Positions 1 through 11,838 of a DNA stretch of 28,687 nucleotides are shown here, one piece after another (the stretch's first letter is position 1; the number at the start of each line of letters is the position of its first letter). A program made the translations under genes and the position numbers. Source of the DNA: Deinococcus radiodurans R1 = ATCC 13939 = DSM 20539. GTDB taxonomy: Bacteria; Deinococcota; Deinococci; Deinococcales; Deinococcaceae. The stretch covers positions 1,351,487-1,380,173 of the forward strand of contig NC_001263.1 of the NCBI RefSeq assembly GCF_000008565.1. The letters are read 5' to 3'. The notes under the pieces were generated by a model. That model was not told where the DNA came from. It made no database searches and saw only the letters and a list, made by a program, of their open reading frames with translations.

Positions 1-591
1 TTTCTGGCAGGAGCGCGGCGTGCGCCTCATCGGCCCGGCTGGGGCCGCACCCGCCATGCCGGCGGCACCGACGCGCCCGGCCCACTCACCCCGGAAGGCC
101 GCGAGCTGGTGCAGGCGATGCGCGACCTCGGCCTGACCCTCGACGCCTCCCACCTCGACGACGTCTCTTTCTGGGACGCCGCCGAACTGGGGGTGCGGAT
201 GGTCTCCACCCACGCCAACGCCCGCGCCCTGGTGCCCGGCAACCGGCAGCTCAGCGACGAGATGGCGCGGCACATCGTCTCCACTGGCGGCGTGCTGGGC
301 ATGGTCGTCCACAGCAAATTCACCCGCCCCGGCTGGCGCCCCGGCGCCGAGCGCGCCCCGCTCGGCGACCTGGTGCGCCACGCCGAGCACTTCGCCGCGC
401 TGGTCGGCTGGGAGCACCTCGGCCTGGGCAGCGACCTCGACGGCGGCTTCGGGGCCGAGAAGACCCCGGCAGGCATCGACCGCTACCGTGACCTCACGCG
501 CTTTCTCGACCTGCTGCCACAAGAAGCACAGGCCGGCGTCCGAGGCGAGAACTGGCAACGCTGGCTGCTTGAGCATCTTTTCTCAAGTTAG
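1..591 (+). CDS. membrane dipeptidase (peptidase M19 family), 5'-truncated by window edge; possible 1-nt frameshift near nt 40
   Basis: Frame 1 reads GGTDAPGPLTPEGRELVQAMRDLGLTLDASHL...STHANARAL...HLGLGSDLDGGF, the typical M19 (renal dipeptidase-like) core. Stop codon at 589-591. The first 13 codons look dipeptidase-like only in frame 2 (FWQERGVRLIGPA). Confidence 0.8.
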   Translation, partial: FLAGARRAPHRPGWGRTRHAGGTDAPGPLTPEGRELVQAMRDLGLTLDASHLDDVSFWDAAELGVRMVSTHANARALVPGNRQLSDEMARHIVSTGGVLGMVVHSKFTRPGWRPGAERAPLGDLVRHAEHFAALVGWEHLGLGSDLDGGFGAEKTPAGIDRYRDLTRFLDLLPQEAQAGVRGENWQRWLLEHLFSS

Positions 592-630
592 ATACCAAGC
601 GTTTCTTTTCACAATCGAACCCAAAAGAGA

Positions 631-652
631 GGGAGCCTACGCTCCCCGCTTT

Positions 653-660
<8 letters not shown>
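631..660. terminator. bidirectional intrinsic terminator between the convergent dipeptidase gene and aspS
   Basis: GGGAGC-CTAC-GCTCCC hairpin. It is followed by CGCTTTTTATT on the + strand and by TCTCTTTTGGG on the - strand, and it overlaps the aspS stop codon. Confidence 0.55.
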
Positions 661-2386
<1,726 letters not shown>

Positions 2387-2391
2387 CCCCG

Positions 2392-2397
2392 ATTATG
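2392..2397 (-). promoter_or_regulatory. candidate -10 hexamer CATAAT for aspS (8 nt before the ATG at 2383, near-leaderless)
   Basis: The minus strand reads GCGCATAATCGGGGGTGATG. This is the only AT-rich hexamer in the 67-nt gap, and it lies downstream of the preceding terminator. Confidence 0.45.
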
Positions 2398-2409
2398 CGC
2401 CAAACATGA
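2393..2409. promoter_or_regulatory. RDRM-like 17-bp palindrome (candidate DdrO operator) overlapping the aspS -10
   Basis: TTATGCGCCAAACATGA compared with my recollection of the RDRM consensus, TTMYGY-N5-RCRKAA. It matches 11 of 12 specified positions with correct 5-nt spacing. Confidence 0.3.
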
Positions 2410-2438
2410 AAAGGCGGCAGCGCGTGGGCGGCTGCCGC
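2404..2438 (-). terminator. intrinsic terminator downstream of the DUF2171 gene
   Basis: On the minus strand, GCGGCAGC-(9 nt)-GCTGCCGC is followed by CTTTTCATGTTT. Confidence 0.6.
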
Positions 2439-2453
2439 TCTTCAGGGGGCGTT

Positions 2454-2696
2454 TTACTTCCGGTGCTCGGGGTGCGGGTCTTCGCTGAGCATCTGCTGAT
2501 GCACCTGCTCGTGCGAGAGCTTGAGGTGAACATGCTCATCCACATGGTCCACCGCGCTCAGCGGCAGCCAGTGGTGCTGGCCCTGGGCGTCCTTGGCGAT
2601 CTTGATGTATTCGCCGTCGAGGTGGTCCACTTCGCCGTGGTTTTTTCCATCGGCGCAGATGATCGGCATGTGTTCCTTGATCTGATCGGTGTTCAT
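2454..2696 (-). CDS. DUF2171-family small conserved protein
   Basis: 80-aa ORF. The pattern MPIICADGKNHGEVDHLDGEYIKIAKDAQGQHHWLPLSAVDHVDEHVHLKL matches what I recall for DUF2171 proteins. It has its own terminator. Confidence 0.8.
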   Translation of the reverse strand: MNTDQIKEHMPIICADGKNHGEVDHLDGEYIKIAKDAQGQHHWLPLSAVDHVDEHVHLKLSHEQVHQQMLSEDPHPEHRK

Positions 2697-2771
2697 GGAC
2701 TTATCGTGCGCGCTGATCCAGAGCTGCCAGTGAGCCGGACGTTGGCGACGCGTAAAGAAAGCGGGCGGCGC

Positions 2772-4055
2772 TCAAGCAAGGGCCTGTCCCAGCTCCCCGA
2801 CCGGCACGGTCTTTTGCTCGCCGGTGTGCAGGTTTTTCAGGCTCAGGGTCCCGGCGGCGGCTTCCTCCGACCCGATGAGGCCCACCCACACGGCGCCCCG
2901 GCGCTCGGCGTCCTTGAAGGCGCTGCCCGGTTTCATGGCGCGGTAGGCGAACTCGGCGCGGCAAGACGCGCGGGCCGCGAGCGCCACCCGCGCCGCCAGC
3001 GGCACGTTTTCTTCGTCCAGCGCCGCGACGTAGAGCTGCGGCCCGCCGCTGCCCGGAATCTCGATGCCTTCCTGCTCGAGCGCCAGCAACAGCCGCTCGA
3101 CGCCGAACGCCCAGCCGATGCCCGGCACGCTGCCGCCGCCGAGTTGTTCACTCAGGCCGTCGTAGCGCCCGCCGCCGCCCAGGGCCGACTTGGCGCCGAT
3201 GCCCTCGTAGTGGAGTTCCCAGGCGGTGCGGCGGTAATAGTCCAGCCCGCGCACGATGCTCGGGTCGAGGTCGAACGGCACGCCCCAGTCGCTCAGGTAG
3301 GCCTGCACCTGCCGGAAGTCGGCGGCGGCGCCTTCGCCGAGGAAGTCGAGCATGGGCCGCACGCTGAGCTCGGCCAGCAGTTCCTGGTCACTCGCGCTCT
3401 TGGAATCCAGAATCCGCATCGGGTTGCGCTCCAGGCGGTCTTTGGAATCGTCGGAGAGGCGCCCCAAGTGCGGCGAGAACAAATCACGCAGGTACGCGTT
3501 GTAGCGCTCGCGGTCCTCCGGGTCGCCGATGGACCCGAGCTTGACGCGCACGCCCCGCAGCCCCAGCTTTTGCACCACCGCCACCATCAGCGCAATCGCC
3601 TCGGCGTCGACGAGCGCGTCGGCGGAGCCCAGCACCTCGTAATCCACCTGCGTGAACTGGCGGTAGCGGCCCTTCTGGTGCCGCTCGGCGCGGAACATCG
3701 GCCCCGAGGTCCAGAGCTTGAGCGGCGCGGGCAGTTGCTTGAGCCCGTTCTCCAGATACGCCCGCACGATGCTCGCCGTGCCCTCGGGACGCAGCACGTA
3801 GCCGCCGTGGTCGCCGAAGTAGTAGACGGTAAACATCTCCTTGCGCACGATGTCGGTCGAGCCGCCCACCCCGCGCTTGACGAGTTCGGCTTCCTCGAAC
3901 ATCGGCGTGTCGATGCGCTGCGCCCCGGCGCGTTCGAGCACTTCACGGGCCTGCGCGATCAGCCACTCGTGGGCCGCGGCCCGTTGAAACGCTTCGGTCT
4001 TGGGACTGCCGCTCGGCAGGAGGTCGTTGGTGCCTTTGGGACGCTGAATCGCCAT
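2772..4055 (-). CDS. hisS: histidine--tRNA ligase
   Basis: 427-aa ORF with the N-terminus [14 protein letters not shown], class II motifs ([25 protein letters not shown]) and a C-terminal anticodon-binding domain. Confidence 0.97.
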   Translation of the reverse strand: MAIQRPKGTNDLLPSGSPKTEAFQRAAAHEWLIAQAREVLERAGAQRIDTPMFEEAELVKRGVGGSTDIVRKEMFTVYYFGDHGGYVLRPEGTASIVRAYLENGLKQLPAPLKLWTSGPMFRAERHQKGRYRQFTQVDYEVLGSADALVDAEAIALMVAVVQKLGLRGVRVKLGSIGDPEDRERYNAYLRDLFSPHLGRLSDDSKDRLERNPMRILDSKSASDQELLAELSVRPMLDFLGEGAAADFRQVQAYLSDWGVPFDLDPSIVRGLDYYRRTAWELHYEGIGAKSALGGGGRYDGLSEQLGGGSVPGIGWAFGVERLLLALEQEGIEIPGSGGPQLYVAALDEENVPLAARVALAARASCRAEFAYRAMKPGSAFKDAERRGAVWVGLIGSEEAAAGTLSLKNLHTGEQKTVPVGELGQALA

Positions 4056-4061
4056 TCGCAG

Positions 4062-4067
4062 AGTGTA
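4062..4067 (-). promoter_or_regulatory. candidate -10 hexamer TACACT, 6 nt before the hisS ATG (leaderless)
   Basis: The minus strand reads GCTTACACTCTGCGAATG, with no Shine-Dalgarno sequence. Confidence 0.5.
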
Positions 4068-4107
4068 AGCGCCCGGACGCGCGCGGGGCCAAGGCCAGAT
4101 GGCTTAA

Positions 4108-4142
4108 ACGAGAAAAAGGCCGCCAGGGTTCTCCCAGCGGCC
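4108..4142 (-). terminator. intrinsic terminator downstream of the aminotransferase gene
   Basis: On the minus strand, a GGCCGC...GCGGCC hairpin is followed by TTTTTCTCGTTT. Confidence 0.6.
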
Positions 4143-4156
4143 CCGCACGCAGACGC

Positions 4157-5329
4157 TCAGGCCAGCGCCAGTTCGCCCCGCTGCTCCTCGGCGAGCACGG
4201 CTTCGTAACGGTCAAGCAGCCCCGGCGCCCCGAGCAGATCCTCGAGTTCGGTCATCAGGCGGTGGTAGGGGCCGGGCCGCGCCGACTCGCCCATCAGGCC
4301 CAGGCGCCAGATCACGCCCGCCGTGGGGCCAAGGCCGCCGGTCACGCTGATTTCGCGCTGTCTCAGGGCCTGGCGCAGGCCAGCGTCGTCGAAGCCCTCG
4401 GGCAGCCGCAACGCGAGCACGGTCGGCAGGCGGTCTTCAGGGCGGCGAACGTAGTGCGAGAAGCCCAGCGGCGCCAGGGTGCGCTCGATCACGCGGCCCA
4501 TCAGGCGCACGCGAGCCTGCCGGGCCTCCAGGCCTTCTTCCAGGGCCGCCCGCAGCGCCGCGTGGAACGCAAAGTGCAGGTTGACCGGCACGGTGTGGTG
4601 GTAGGTGTGGTTCACCCAGTAGTCGCGCAGTCCCTCGAAATCGCAGTACCACAGCGGCGTCTGGGTGCGCCGGGCGGCGAAGCGCGAGAAGGCGCGCTCG
4701 CTGATCGCCACCGGGGCCAGGCCGGGAGGGGCCGAGAGGCACTTTTGCGCCCCGGTGTAGGCGTAGTCCACGCCCCACTGCTGCATATGAAAGGGTTCCA
4801 TGCCCGCCGTGGTCACCGCGTCCACCGTGAGCAGCGCCCCGCTGCCGCGCACGAGTTCGGCAATCTCGGGCACCGGATTCAGGACGCCGGTGCTCGTTTC
4901 GCCGTGAACGACGGCCACCATCGAAATGTCGTCGTCGAGGTGCGCGGCCACATCCGCCGGCTTGATCGCCTCGCCCAGCGGCGCAGTCACGAGGCGGACT
5001 TTGGCGCCGTAGCGCGCCGCCATCTCGGCCATGCGGCGCCCGAAGCTGCCGTTGGCGCACACCAGCACCTCGTCGCCCGCTTCCACCAGATTGGCGAAGC
5101 CCGCTTCCATCCCGAGCGAGCCCGTGCCGGCGAGAAGCGCCGTAAAGCCCTCCGGCTCGGTGCCGTACATCTCGCGCAGGTCGCGCTGAATCTCGCTGTT
5201 GAGCGCAAAGACCTCGGGGTCCATGTGCCCCAGCATCGAGCGAATCAGCGCCTTTTGCGCGCGCGGGTGAATCGGCGTCGGGCCGGGGGTCAGCAGAACG
5301 TGCTCGTCGTGGGTATCCTCGAACATCAC
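4157..5329 (-). CDS. class V aminotransferase (alanine-glyoxylate / serine-pyruvate aminotransferase family)
   Basis: 390-aa ORF with the PLP-lysine context [15 protein letters not shown], an N-terminus LLTPGPTPI and the fold-type I pattern. GTG at 5329 is followed by ATG at 5326. Confidence 0.9.
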   Translation of the reverse strand: MMFEDTHDEHVLLTPGPTPIHPRAQKALIRSMLGHMDPEVFALNSEIQRDLREMYGTEPEGFTALLAGTGSLGMEAGFANLVEAGDEVLVCANGSFGRRMAEMAARYGAKVRLVTAPLGEAIKPADVAAHLDDDISMVAVVHGETSTGVLNPVPEIAELVRGSGALLTVDAVTTAGMEPFHMQQWGVDYAYTGAQKCLSAPPGLAPVAISERAFSRFAARRTQTPLWYCDFEGLRDYWVNHTYHHTVPVNLHFAFHAALRAALEEGLEARQARVRLMGRVIERTLAPLGFSHYVRRPEDRLPTVLALRLPEGFDDAGLRQALRQREISVTGGLGPTAGVIWRLGLMGESARPGPYHRLMTELEDLLGAPGLLDRYEAVLAEEQRGELALA

Positions 5330-5335
5330 CGGAAG

Positions 5336-5341
5336 AGTCTA
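5336..5341 (-). promoter_or_regulatory. candidate -10 hexamer TAGACT, 6 nt before the GTG-ATG start of the aminotransferase gene
   Basis: The minus strand reads GGCTAGACTCTTCCGGTGATG, with no Shine-Dalgarno sequence. Confidence 0.45.
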
Positions 5342-5359
5342 GCCCCGCAGGCCTAAGCG

Positions 5360-5415
5360 CGCAACTTTATTGCTCTTTTGTGCTTATCGGACACATAATA
5401 CGCAACATTATTGCT
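5360..5415. promoter_or_regulatory. pair of 15-bp direct repeats CGCAAC(T/A)TTATTGCT, candidate transcription-factor operators
   Basis: Copies at 5360-5374 and 5401-5415 differ at one base, and their starts are 41 bp apart. Each contains the inverted core GCAA-N5-TTGC. The proximal copy sits over the -35 region of the aminotransferase promoter. Confidence 0.35.
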
Positions 5416-6238
5416 TCAAAGCCCGGTCATACTGCGCCCCGGTGTGGAGGTGGTGGTCGCCGAGCAGCTCCAGAAAGTCGCGTGCGTAGCTCGCCACCGC
5501 GCGGGGGTGGCTGTCGGTCAGGGCGTGGGTGCCGCCGTGAATGACGCGGATGACGGCGTGGGGGATGCCGCGCTGGATTTCCTCGACGGTCCAGCCGCGA
5601 ATCACCGGGTCGCGGTCGCCGTCAAGCAGCAGCGTGGGCACCCGGATGTGGGGCAAGAGGGCGCCGGTGTGGTGCTGACTCTGGTCGTGGGCGAGGCGGT
5701 ACATGGTGCCGGGGCCGGCGCGCCCGTACGCCCGCAGGCCGCCGGGCCACAACCCGGGGCGCTCGCGCGGCAGGTCGCGGAGCAGCCGCACGAGCTGCGC
5801 GGCCACGCTGGGGTTCTCGGGAATGCCGGTGGGGGCGCAGGCGATCAGCCCGGTGGTGCAGCGCGGATGGCGCGCCGCGAGGTCGAAAATGACTTCGCCG
5901 CCGAGCGAATGCCCGAACAGCGGGGCGCAGCGCAGCCCGCTCGCGTTCAGCCACGCTGCGAGGTGGTCGGTGAGGTCCGCGATGCAGGCCGGTTCACCGG
6001 GGCGCCCCTGGCTGTCGCCGTGCCCCGGCGGGTCGTAGAGGTAGACCGTGCGCGTGCGCGCGAGGTGCCGCCCGACGCGCTCGTACATCCACGACGCGCA
6101 GCCCAGCCCCGGCACCACGACGAGCGGCGGCCCACTGCCGAGCACCCGGGCGTGGGTCCACAGGCCGTCAACGAGCGTCCACTGCGAGTGGCCGTTACGC
6201 ACCCGGCACCTGAGTTCCTGGGTCCTGGGTCTCTGCAT
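5408..6238 (-). CDS. alpha/beta hydrolase
   Basis: 276-aa ORF with the nucleophile elbow GHSLGG and the late motifs DGDRDPV and GGTHAL. An alternative GTG start at 6202 would overlap the upstream stop codon by 8 nt. Confidence 0.85.
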   Translation of the reverse strand: MQRPRTQELRCRVRNGHSQWTLVDGLWTHARVLGSGPPLVVVPGLGCASWMYERVGRHLARTRTVYLYDPPGHGDSQGRPGEPACIADLTDHLAAWLNASGLRCAPLFGHSLGGEVIFDLAARHPRCTTGLIACAPTGIPENPSVAAQLVRLLRDLPRERPGLWPGGLRAYGRAGPGTMYRLAHDQSQHHTGALLPHIRVPTLLLDGDRDPVIRGWTVEEIQRGIPHAVIRVIHGGTHALTDSHPRAVASYARDFLELLGDHHLHTGAQYDRALKQ

Positions 6239-6980
6239 CCTGGGCCAGAAACTCGAGCACCGCCCGGTTGAACCCCGCCGGGTCGTCCACCATCACCACG
6301 TGCCCGGCGCGCGGCAGCTCGACGTACTGCGCCCCCGGAATGCTCGCCGCGAGCTGCCGCCCCAGCGCCACCGGAATCAGGGCGTCGCGCCCGCCCCACA
6401 CGACCAGCGTGCGGGCATGGATGTCGGGCAGCAGCTCAAGCACGCTGTCACGCAGCAGTTGCGTCGCCGAGCGCCACAGGTTGGGCAGCCCCGCCCGCGC
6501 CGAGTCGGCGAGAATCACCGGCAAAAAGGAGGGTCGCCCGGTGAGCGCCGCCCGGGGGAGATGCAGCGCGGCGCGCACCGGGTGGTCCCGCAGCAGCCCG
6601 CTCGCGCAGGCGAGGACCAGCCCGCTGACCCGCTCGGGCGCGAGCGCCGCGACATGCACGGCGATGTGCCCGCCCATCGAGTGCCCGATGAGGGTGACGT
6701 GCTCGAGGCCCTGCGCCGCGAGCCAGCGGGCGATCAGCGCGGCGTCCTCGCGCACCCCGAGCGAACGCTGCCGCCACGCGGCGTGGTGGCCGTAGCCGGT
6801 CAGGTCCACGACGTACACCCGGTGACGCGCGGCGAGCACCGGCAGTTGCCGCCGCCACCAGCGCCACGAGCCGCTCAGGCCATGAATGAGCACCACCGGG
6901 TCACCGCCTGTCCCCGACACCTGATAGCGCAGGGTGGCGGCCCCTTCGCGGTATTCCTCGACCTTCACGCGGCCCAGCAT
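6195..6980 (-). CDS. alpha/beta hydrolase (paralogous class to the downstream gene)
   Basis: 261-aa ORF with VVLIHGLSGS, GHSMGG, GGRDALIP and AGHVVMVDDP. Confidence 0.85.
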   Translation of the reverse strand: MLGRVKVEEYREGAATLRYQVSGTGGDPVVLIHGLSGSWRWWRRQLPVLAARHRVYVVDLTGYGHHAAWRQRSLGVREDAALIARWLAAQGLEHVTLIGHSMGGHIAVHVAALAPERVSGLVLACASGLLRDHPVRAALHLPRAALTGRPSFLPVILADSARAGLPNLWRSATQLLRDSVLELLPDIHARTLVVWGGRDALIPVALGRQLAASIPGAQYVELPRAGHVVMVDDPAGFNRAVLEFLAQDAETQDPGTQVPGA

Positions 6981-7034
6981 ACGGCCTGAACCGGGAACGA
7001 ACGGTCAGCGATGGACATTCTTACCTAATCCCTC

Positions 7035-8483
7035 TTAGGAGTGAATGCCTTCACGGCGGCGCCAGACCCCCACGCCCACCAGTGCCAGCAGCAGCGCCAG
7101 CGCCGGCGTGTCGCCCAGCCGGGCGTAGAGCGTCTGCCTGCCGAGGAGCTTCGGGCGCACGTCGAGCGACTGCACGGCGTCGCCCCGGTCCACGGTCTGC
7201 ACCGGGCGCCCGAGGTCGTCCACCGCGCCGGCCACGCCGAGGTTCACGCTGCGCACCAGCCAGCGCCGCTGCTCGATGGCGCGCACCCGGCCCATCCAGA
7301 AATGCTGCTGCACCCCCCAGCCCTGGTACCAGCCGTCGTTGGACGGGTTGACGAGCAGCCCGGCGCCCTGGCGGGCAAGTTGCCGGGCGACCCAGGGAAA
7401 CACCGAGTCGTAGCAGACGTAGGTGCCGTATTTGACGCCGTTCAGGCTGAGGGGCTGCACGGTCCTGGCCGCTTCCAGAGAACCGAACTCGAAGCCGAGC
7501 GCTTTCTCGAAAAGGCCGTAGACGGGTTTCAGAATGCGGTAAAATGGGAATTCCTCGCCGAAGGGCACGAGCTTGGCCTTGACATTCTGTCCAGTCACCT
7601 GACCGTCAGTGTTCACGGAAATCACACTGTTCTGGTCAGGCGTCAGGGTACGCAGGCCGGTAATGCCCGGAGCCGGGAACTGCGGCACGGTGCTCGGAGG
7701 TGCAGGAAGCATCAGCGCCGTTTCGCTCCAGACGAGGACGCTGCCGGGCGGGCGGCTCTGACTGACCGGGAGCATCTGGGAGAATTGCTGCTCAGGCGAA
7801 ACATACCCAGTTGCCCGCCCAAACGAATCGAAAGTCGTCCGCAGCACCCGCATCGGCTGCTCGGGGCCCTCCCCCGGCGTGCGCGTCAGGCCATAGCCGA
7901 GGGCCGCGAGCCAGACCAGGCTCACGGTCAGGACGCCCTTTTTAGACCGACTCGCCAGCGCCGCCGCGAGGCCGAGAATCAGCACGCTCGCCAGCAGCAC
8001 CCCGCCGAGGTCGGCCACCTGAATCAGCGGCGTGGGCAGCAGCGCATACCCGAGCGTCGGCCAGGGAAAGGCGAGCGGGCCGAGAAAGCGCAGGTATTCG
8101 ACCACGCCCCAGCCGCCCGCGAGCGCCCAGACGCGGCCCCGCGGCGAGTGAACGAGCCGGGCGACCACATACGCCATCAGCGCAAAGAATCCGCCTTCGA
8201 GGGCGTAGAGCGCGAACGCCAGCACCCCGGCGGGCGGAAAGCTGAAGATGTTGCCCAGAAAGGCGGTCAGCCACCACAGGTGAATGGTCGTCAGGGCGAA
8301 GACCGCCCACCACACCCGGCCCGCGACCTGCCGGGGGGCGGGGGCTTGCGCGGCGTACCACAGCAGCGCGGCGAGGACAAACGGCGCGAGCAGTCCCGTC
8401 TTGAGCGGCGGCATCGTCAGCGCGAGGGCCACCCCGAGCAGGGCGGACACGGCGGGGGGCGGCAGGTGCGGGCGGCGCGGCAT
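7035..8483 (-). CDS. lnt: apolipoprotein N-acyltransferase
   Basis: This is the C-terminal 482 aa of the 883-aa ORF. It has multiple N-terminal transmembrane helices and a nitrilase-type domain with a candidate E-K-C triad ([26 protein letters not shown]). The start was chosen at the ATG at 8483; an alternative ATG lies at 8531. The ORF portion beyond that is antisense to uvrC. Confidence 0.88.
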   Translation of the reverse strand: MPRRPHLPPPAVSALLGVALALTMPPLKTGLLAPFVLAALLWYAAQAPAPRQVAGRVWWAVFALTTIHLWWLTAFLGNIFSFPPAGVLAFALYALEGGFFALMAYVVARLVHSPRGRVWALAGGWGVVEYLRFLGPLAFPWPTLGYALLPTPLIQVADLGGVLLASVLILGLAAALASRSKKGVLTVSLVWLAALGYGLTRTPGEGPEQPMRVLRTTFDSFGRATGYVSPEQQFSQMLPVSQSRPPGSVLVWSETALMLPAPPSTVPQFPAPGITGLRTLTPDQNSVISVNTDGQVTGQNVKAKLVPFGEEFPFYRILKPVYGLFEKALGFEFGSLEAARTVQPLSLNGVKYGTYVCYDSVFPWVARQLARQGAGLLVNPSNDGWYQGWGVQQHFWMGRVRAIEQRRWLVRSVNLGVAGAVDDLGRPVQTVDRGDAVQSLDVRPKLLGRQTLYARLGDTPALALLLALVGVGVWRRREGIHS

Positions 8484-8491
8484 CGGCACCG

Positions 8492-8497
8492 AGTGTA
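8492..8497 (-). promoter_or_regulatory. candidate -10 hexamer TACACT, 8 nt before the lnt ATG
   Basis: The minus strand reads GCACGTACACTCGGTGCCGATG. Confidence 0.4.
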
Positions 8498-8570
8498 CGT
8501 GCCGGAAGGGTGAGGGGTCTCGGCCGGGCATCTGTGAGTCCCTTGCTTTTGTTGGGGGCCGGCCCTCCCC

Positions 8571-8576
8571 TATGCT
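8571..8576 (+). promoter_or_regulatory. candidate -10 hexamer TATGCT, 6 nt before the uvrC GTG start
   Basis: CCCCTATGCTGGCGGCGTG, with no Shine-Dalgarno sequence. Confidence 0.45.
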
Positions 8577-8582
8577 GGCGGC

Positions 8583-10436
<1,854 letters not shown>

Positions 10437-10719
10437 GCCCCCTTCGCATCAGCCAGTTTCGCAGCCGGGGCCAACGGGTGGTGCGCCCAAGTGCAGCGAG
10501 GCGGCGCTGCGCGGCTTCGGCCCGCAGGGCGGCGGCGTGGGCTTCAGGGTCGAAAAAGTAGGTCATGGGCGGTCTCCTCCTGCCTCACAGGATGCCGGGC
10601 CGGGGGGAGCGCGCACATGCGCCTCCTGGCGGGGGCTCGCTGCGCCAAATGGCGGAGGGGGCCCCCTTCCTTCACGCTGGCTTCAGGCCGGGGCGCTGAC
10701 AGCAGGCTGATCTTCAGGG

Positions 10720-10725
10720 GACAAT
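10720..10725 (+). promoter_or_regulatory. candidate -10-like hexamer GACAAT, 6 nt before the PAP2 ATG
   Basis: GGGGACAATGGCGGGATG. Confidence 0.3.
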
Positions 10726-10731
10726 GGCGGG

Positions 10732-11514
10732 ATGCCCGCCGCGCCCACGCCCCCCACTTCAAGCCCGCCTAACCCAGTCAGCCCGGCCCCGACGCCGCCG
10801 CCTCAGCACATCATCCGGCAGCACGGGCGCACCGTGCTGTTGCTGCTGCTCGCGGTGCTGGCGCCGCTGCTGCTGTTTGCCGACCTCGCCGACGACGTGC
10901 TCAAACACGGCGGGTTTGTTTGGGACCGGACGATTCTGGAGTGGTACGCCGCGCGCCGTACACCGGGGCTGACGCAGGCGGCGCAGGTGCTCGCGCTCGT
11001 CGCCGGGGTGGGCGGGCTGCCGATCATCACGCTGCTCGTCGCCTGGGGCCTGCACCGCGCGCGCGCCAACGTGCACGCGGCGTTTCTGGTGCTGGCGGTG
11101 GCGGGGGCCACGCTGCTCAACGTGCTCGCCAAGGTGATGTTTCACCGGCCCCGGCCCGACGAACTCATCGCCGTGCTGCGCGAGCCAGGATTTTCCTTTC
11201 CCAGCGGGCACGCGATGGCGAACGCGGCCTTCGGAATTGCGCTCGCGCTCGCCTTCTGGCGCTCGAAGGCCGGGTGGCCGCTCGTCGTGTTCGGCGTGCT
11301 GTGGGCGCTGCTCGTCGGCGCGAGCCGCAATTACCTCGGCGTGCATTACCCGAGCGACGTGCTCGCGGGCTTTCTGGCGAGTACGGCCTGGGTGTTCGGC
11401 CTCTACCTGACGATGGGCCAGCGCTGGCCGGCGCTGCGCCGCGCTCCGGCGGGCGAGCACGACACCCGGCCTCCGCTCAAGCGGCCCGCAGTCCGCCCAG
11501 CAGATGAAAAGTAG
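10732..11514 (+). CDS. PAP2-family phosphatase (phosphatidic acid / undecaprenyl-diphosphate phosphatase type), membrane protein
   Basis: 260-aa ORF with PAP2 signature blocks [16 protein letters not shown] and [13 protein letters not shown]. It has several hydrophobic helices and Pro-rich N- and C-terminal tails. Confidence 0.85.
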   Translation: MPAAPTPPTSSPPNPVSPAPTPPPQHIIRQHGRTVLLLLLAVLAPLLLFADLADDVLKHGGFVWDRTILEWYAARRTPGLTQAAQVLALVAGVGGLPIITLLVAWGLHRARANVHAAFLVLAVAGATLLNVLAKVMFHRPRPDELIAVLREPGFSFPSGHAMANAAFGIALALAFWRSKAGWPLVVFGVLWALLVGASRNYLGVHYPSDVLAGFLASTAWVFGLYLTMGQRWPALRRAPAGEHDTRPPLKRPAVRPADEK

Positions 11515-11543
11515 TTGACAGAATTCGTCTTCTTTTCTAGAGT
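11515..11543 (+). promoter_or_regulatory. sigma-70-type promoter of the met operon leader (TTGACA-17 nt-TAGAGT)
   Basis: A consensus -35 (TTGACA) at 11515-11520, a 17-nt spacer, then TAGAGT at 11538-11543. This lies about 30 nt upstream of the riboswitch P1 helix. Confidence 0.6.
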
Positions 11544-11573
11544 TGGTGTTCGGCCCTGGCACGTGCAGGGTCA

Positions 11574-11706
11574 CCTTTATCCAGAGTCGGCGCAGGGACC
11601 TGGCCCCATGACCGCCGCAGCAACCGGCCCTCATCACGGCAGCGGTGCTTTCCAGACCCGCGCGAGCAGCGCCCGACGATGGGCGGCGCCGCGGGAACGA
11701 TAAAGG
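11574..11706 (+). promoter_or_regulatory. SAM-I (S-box) riboswitch aptamer
   Basis: P1 is CCUUUAUC (11574-11581) paired with GAUAAAGG (11699-11706). Conserved core strings occur in the canonical order: UUAUC-CAGAG, CAGGGA, UGGCCC, AUGA, GCAACC, GGUGC, UUCCAG. P4 is extended (CCCGCG...CGCGGG). Confidence 0.88.
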
Positions 11707-11750
11707 AAGGCGGGTCCTCTTCGCGGGTTCCAACGGACGGCTCAGCCCTG

Positions 11751-11802
11751 GGCGTCCCCTTCCAGACTTCTTTTCGTCCAGGAAGGGGACGCCCGTTTTG
11801 GG
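11751..11802 (+). terminator. riboswitch expression-platform terminator
   Basis: 13-bp stem: GGCGTCCCCTTCC (11751-11763) pairs with GGAAGGGGACGCC (11781-11793), followed by CGTTTTGGG. GGAAGG at 11705-11710, at the 3' edge of P1, can pair with CCTTCC of the terminator as an antiterminator. Confidence 0.75.
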
Positions 11803-11838
11803 CCGACCTCTCCGCTCTCCCCACCGGAGGCCCGCCCC

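Noticed and set aside
4056-4107. Possible T-box leader upstream of hisS, as in Firmicutes hisS-aspS operons.
   Set aside because: Only about 50 nt separate the preceding terminator from the ATG, and a -10 hexamer sits 6 nt from the start. There is no room for a T-box.
5384-5398. TTATCGGACACATAA, a possible RDRM/DdrO site in the aminotransferase promoter.
   Set aside because: Only one good half-site (TTATGT on the minus strand). The palindrome arms are 3 nt apart instead of 5, so it does not fit the 17-bp motif.
10640-10665. GGAGGGGGCCCCCTTCC palindrome between the small ORF and the PAP2 gene.
   Set aside because: It could form a short hairpin, but no U-tract follows on either strand and no gene ends there. 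GC-rich palindromes of this length are common in this DNA.
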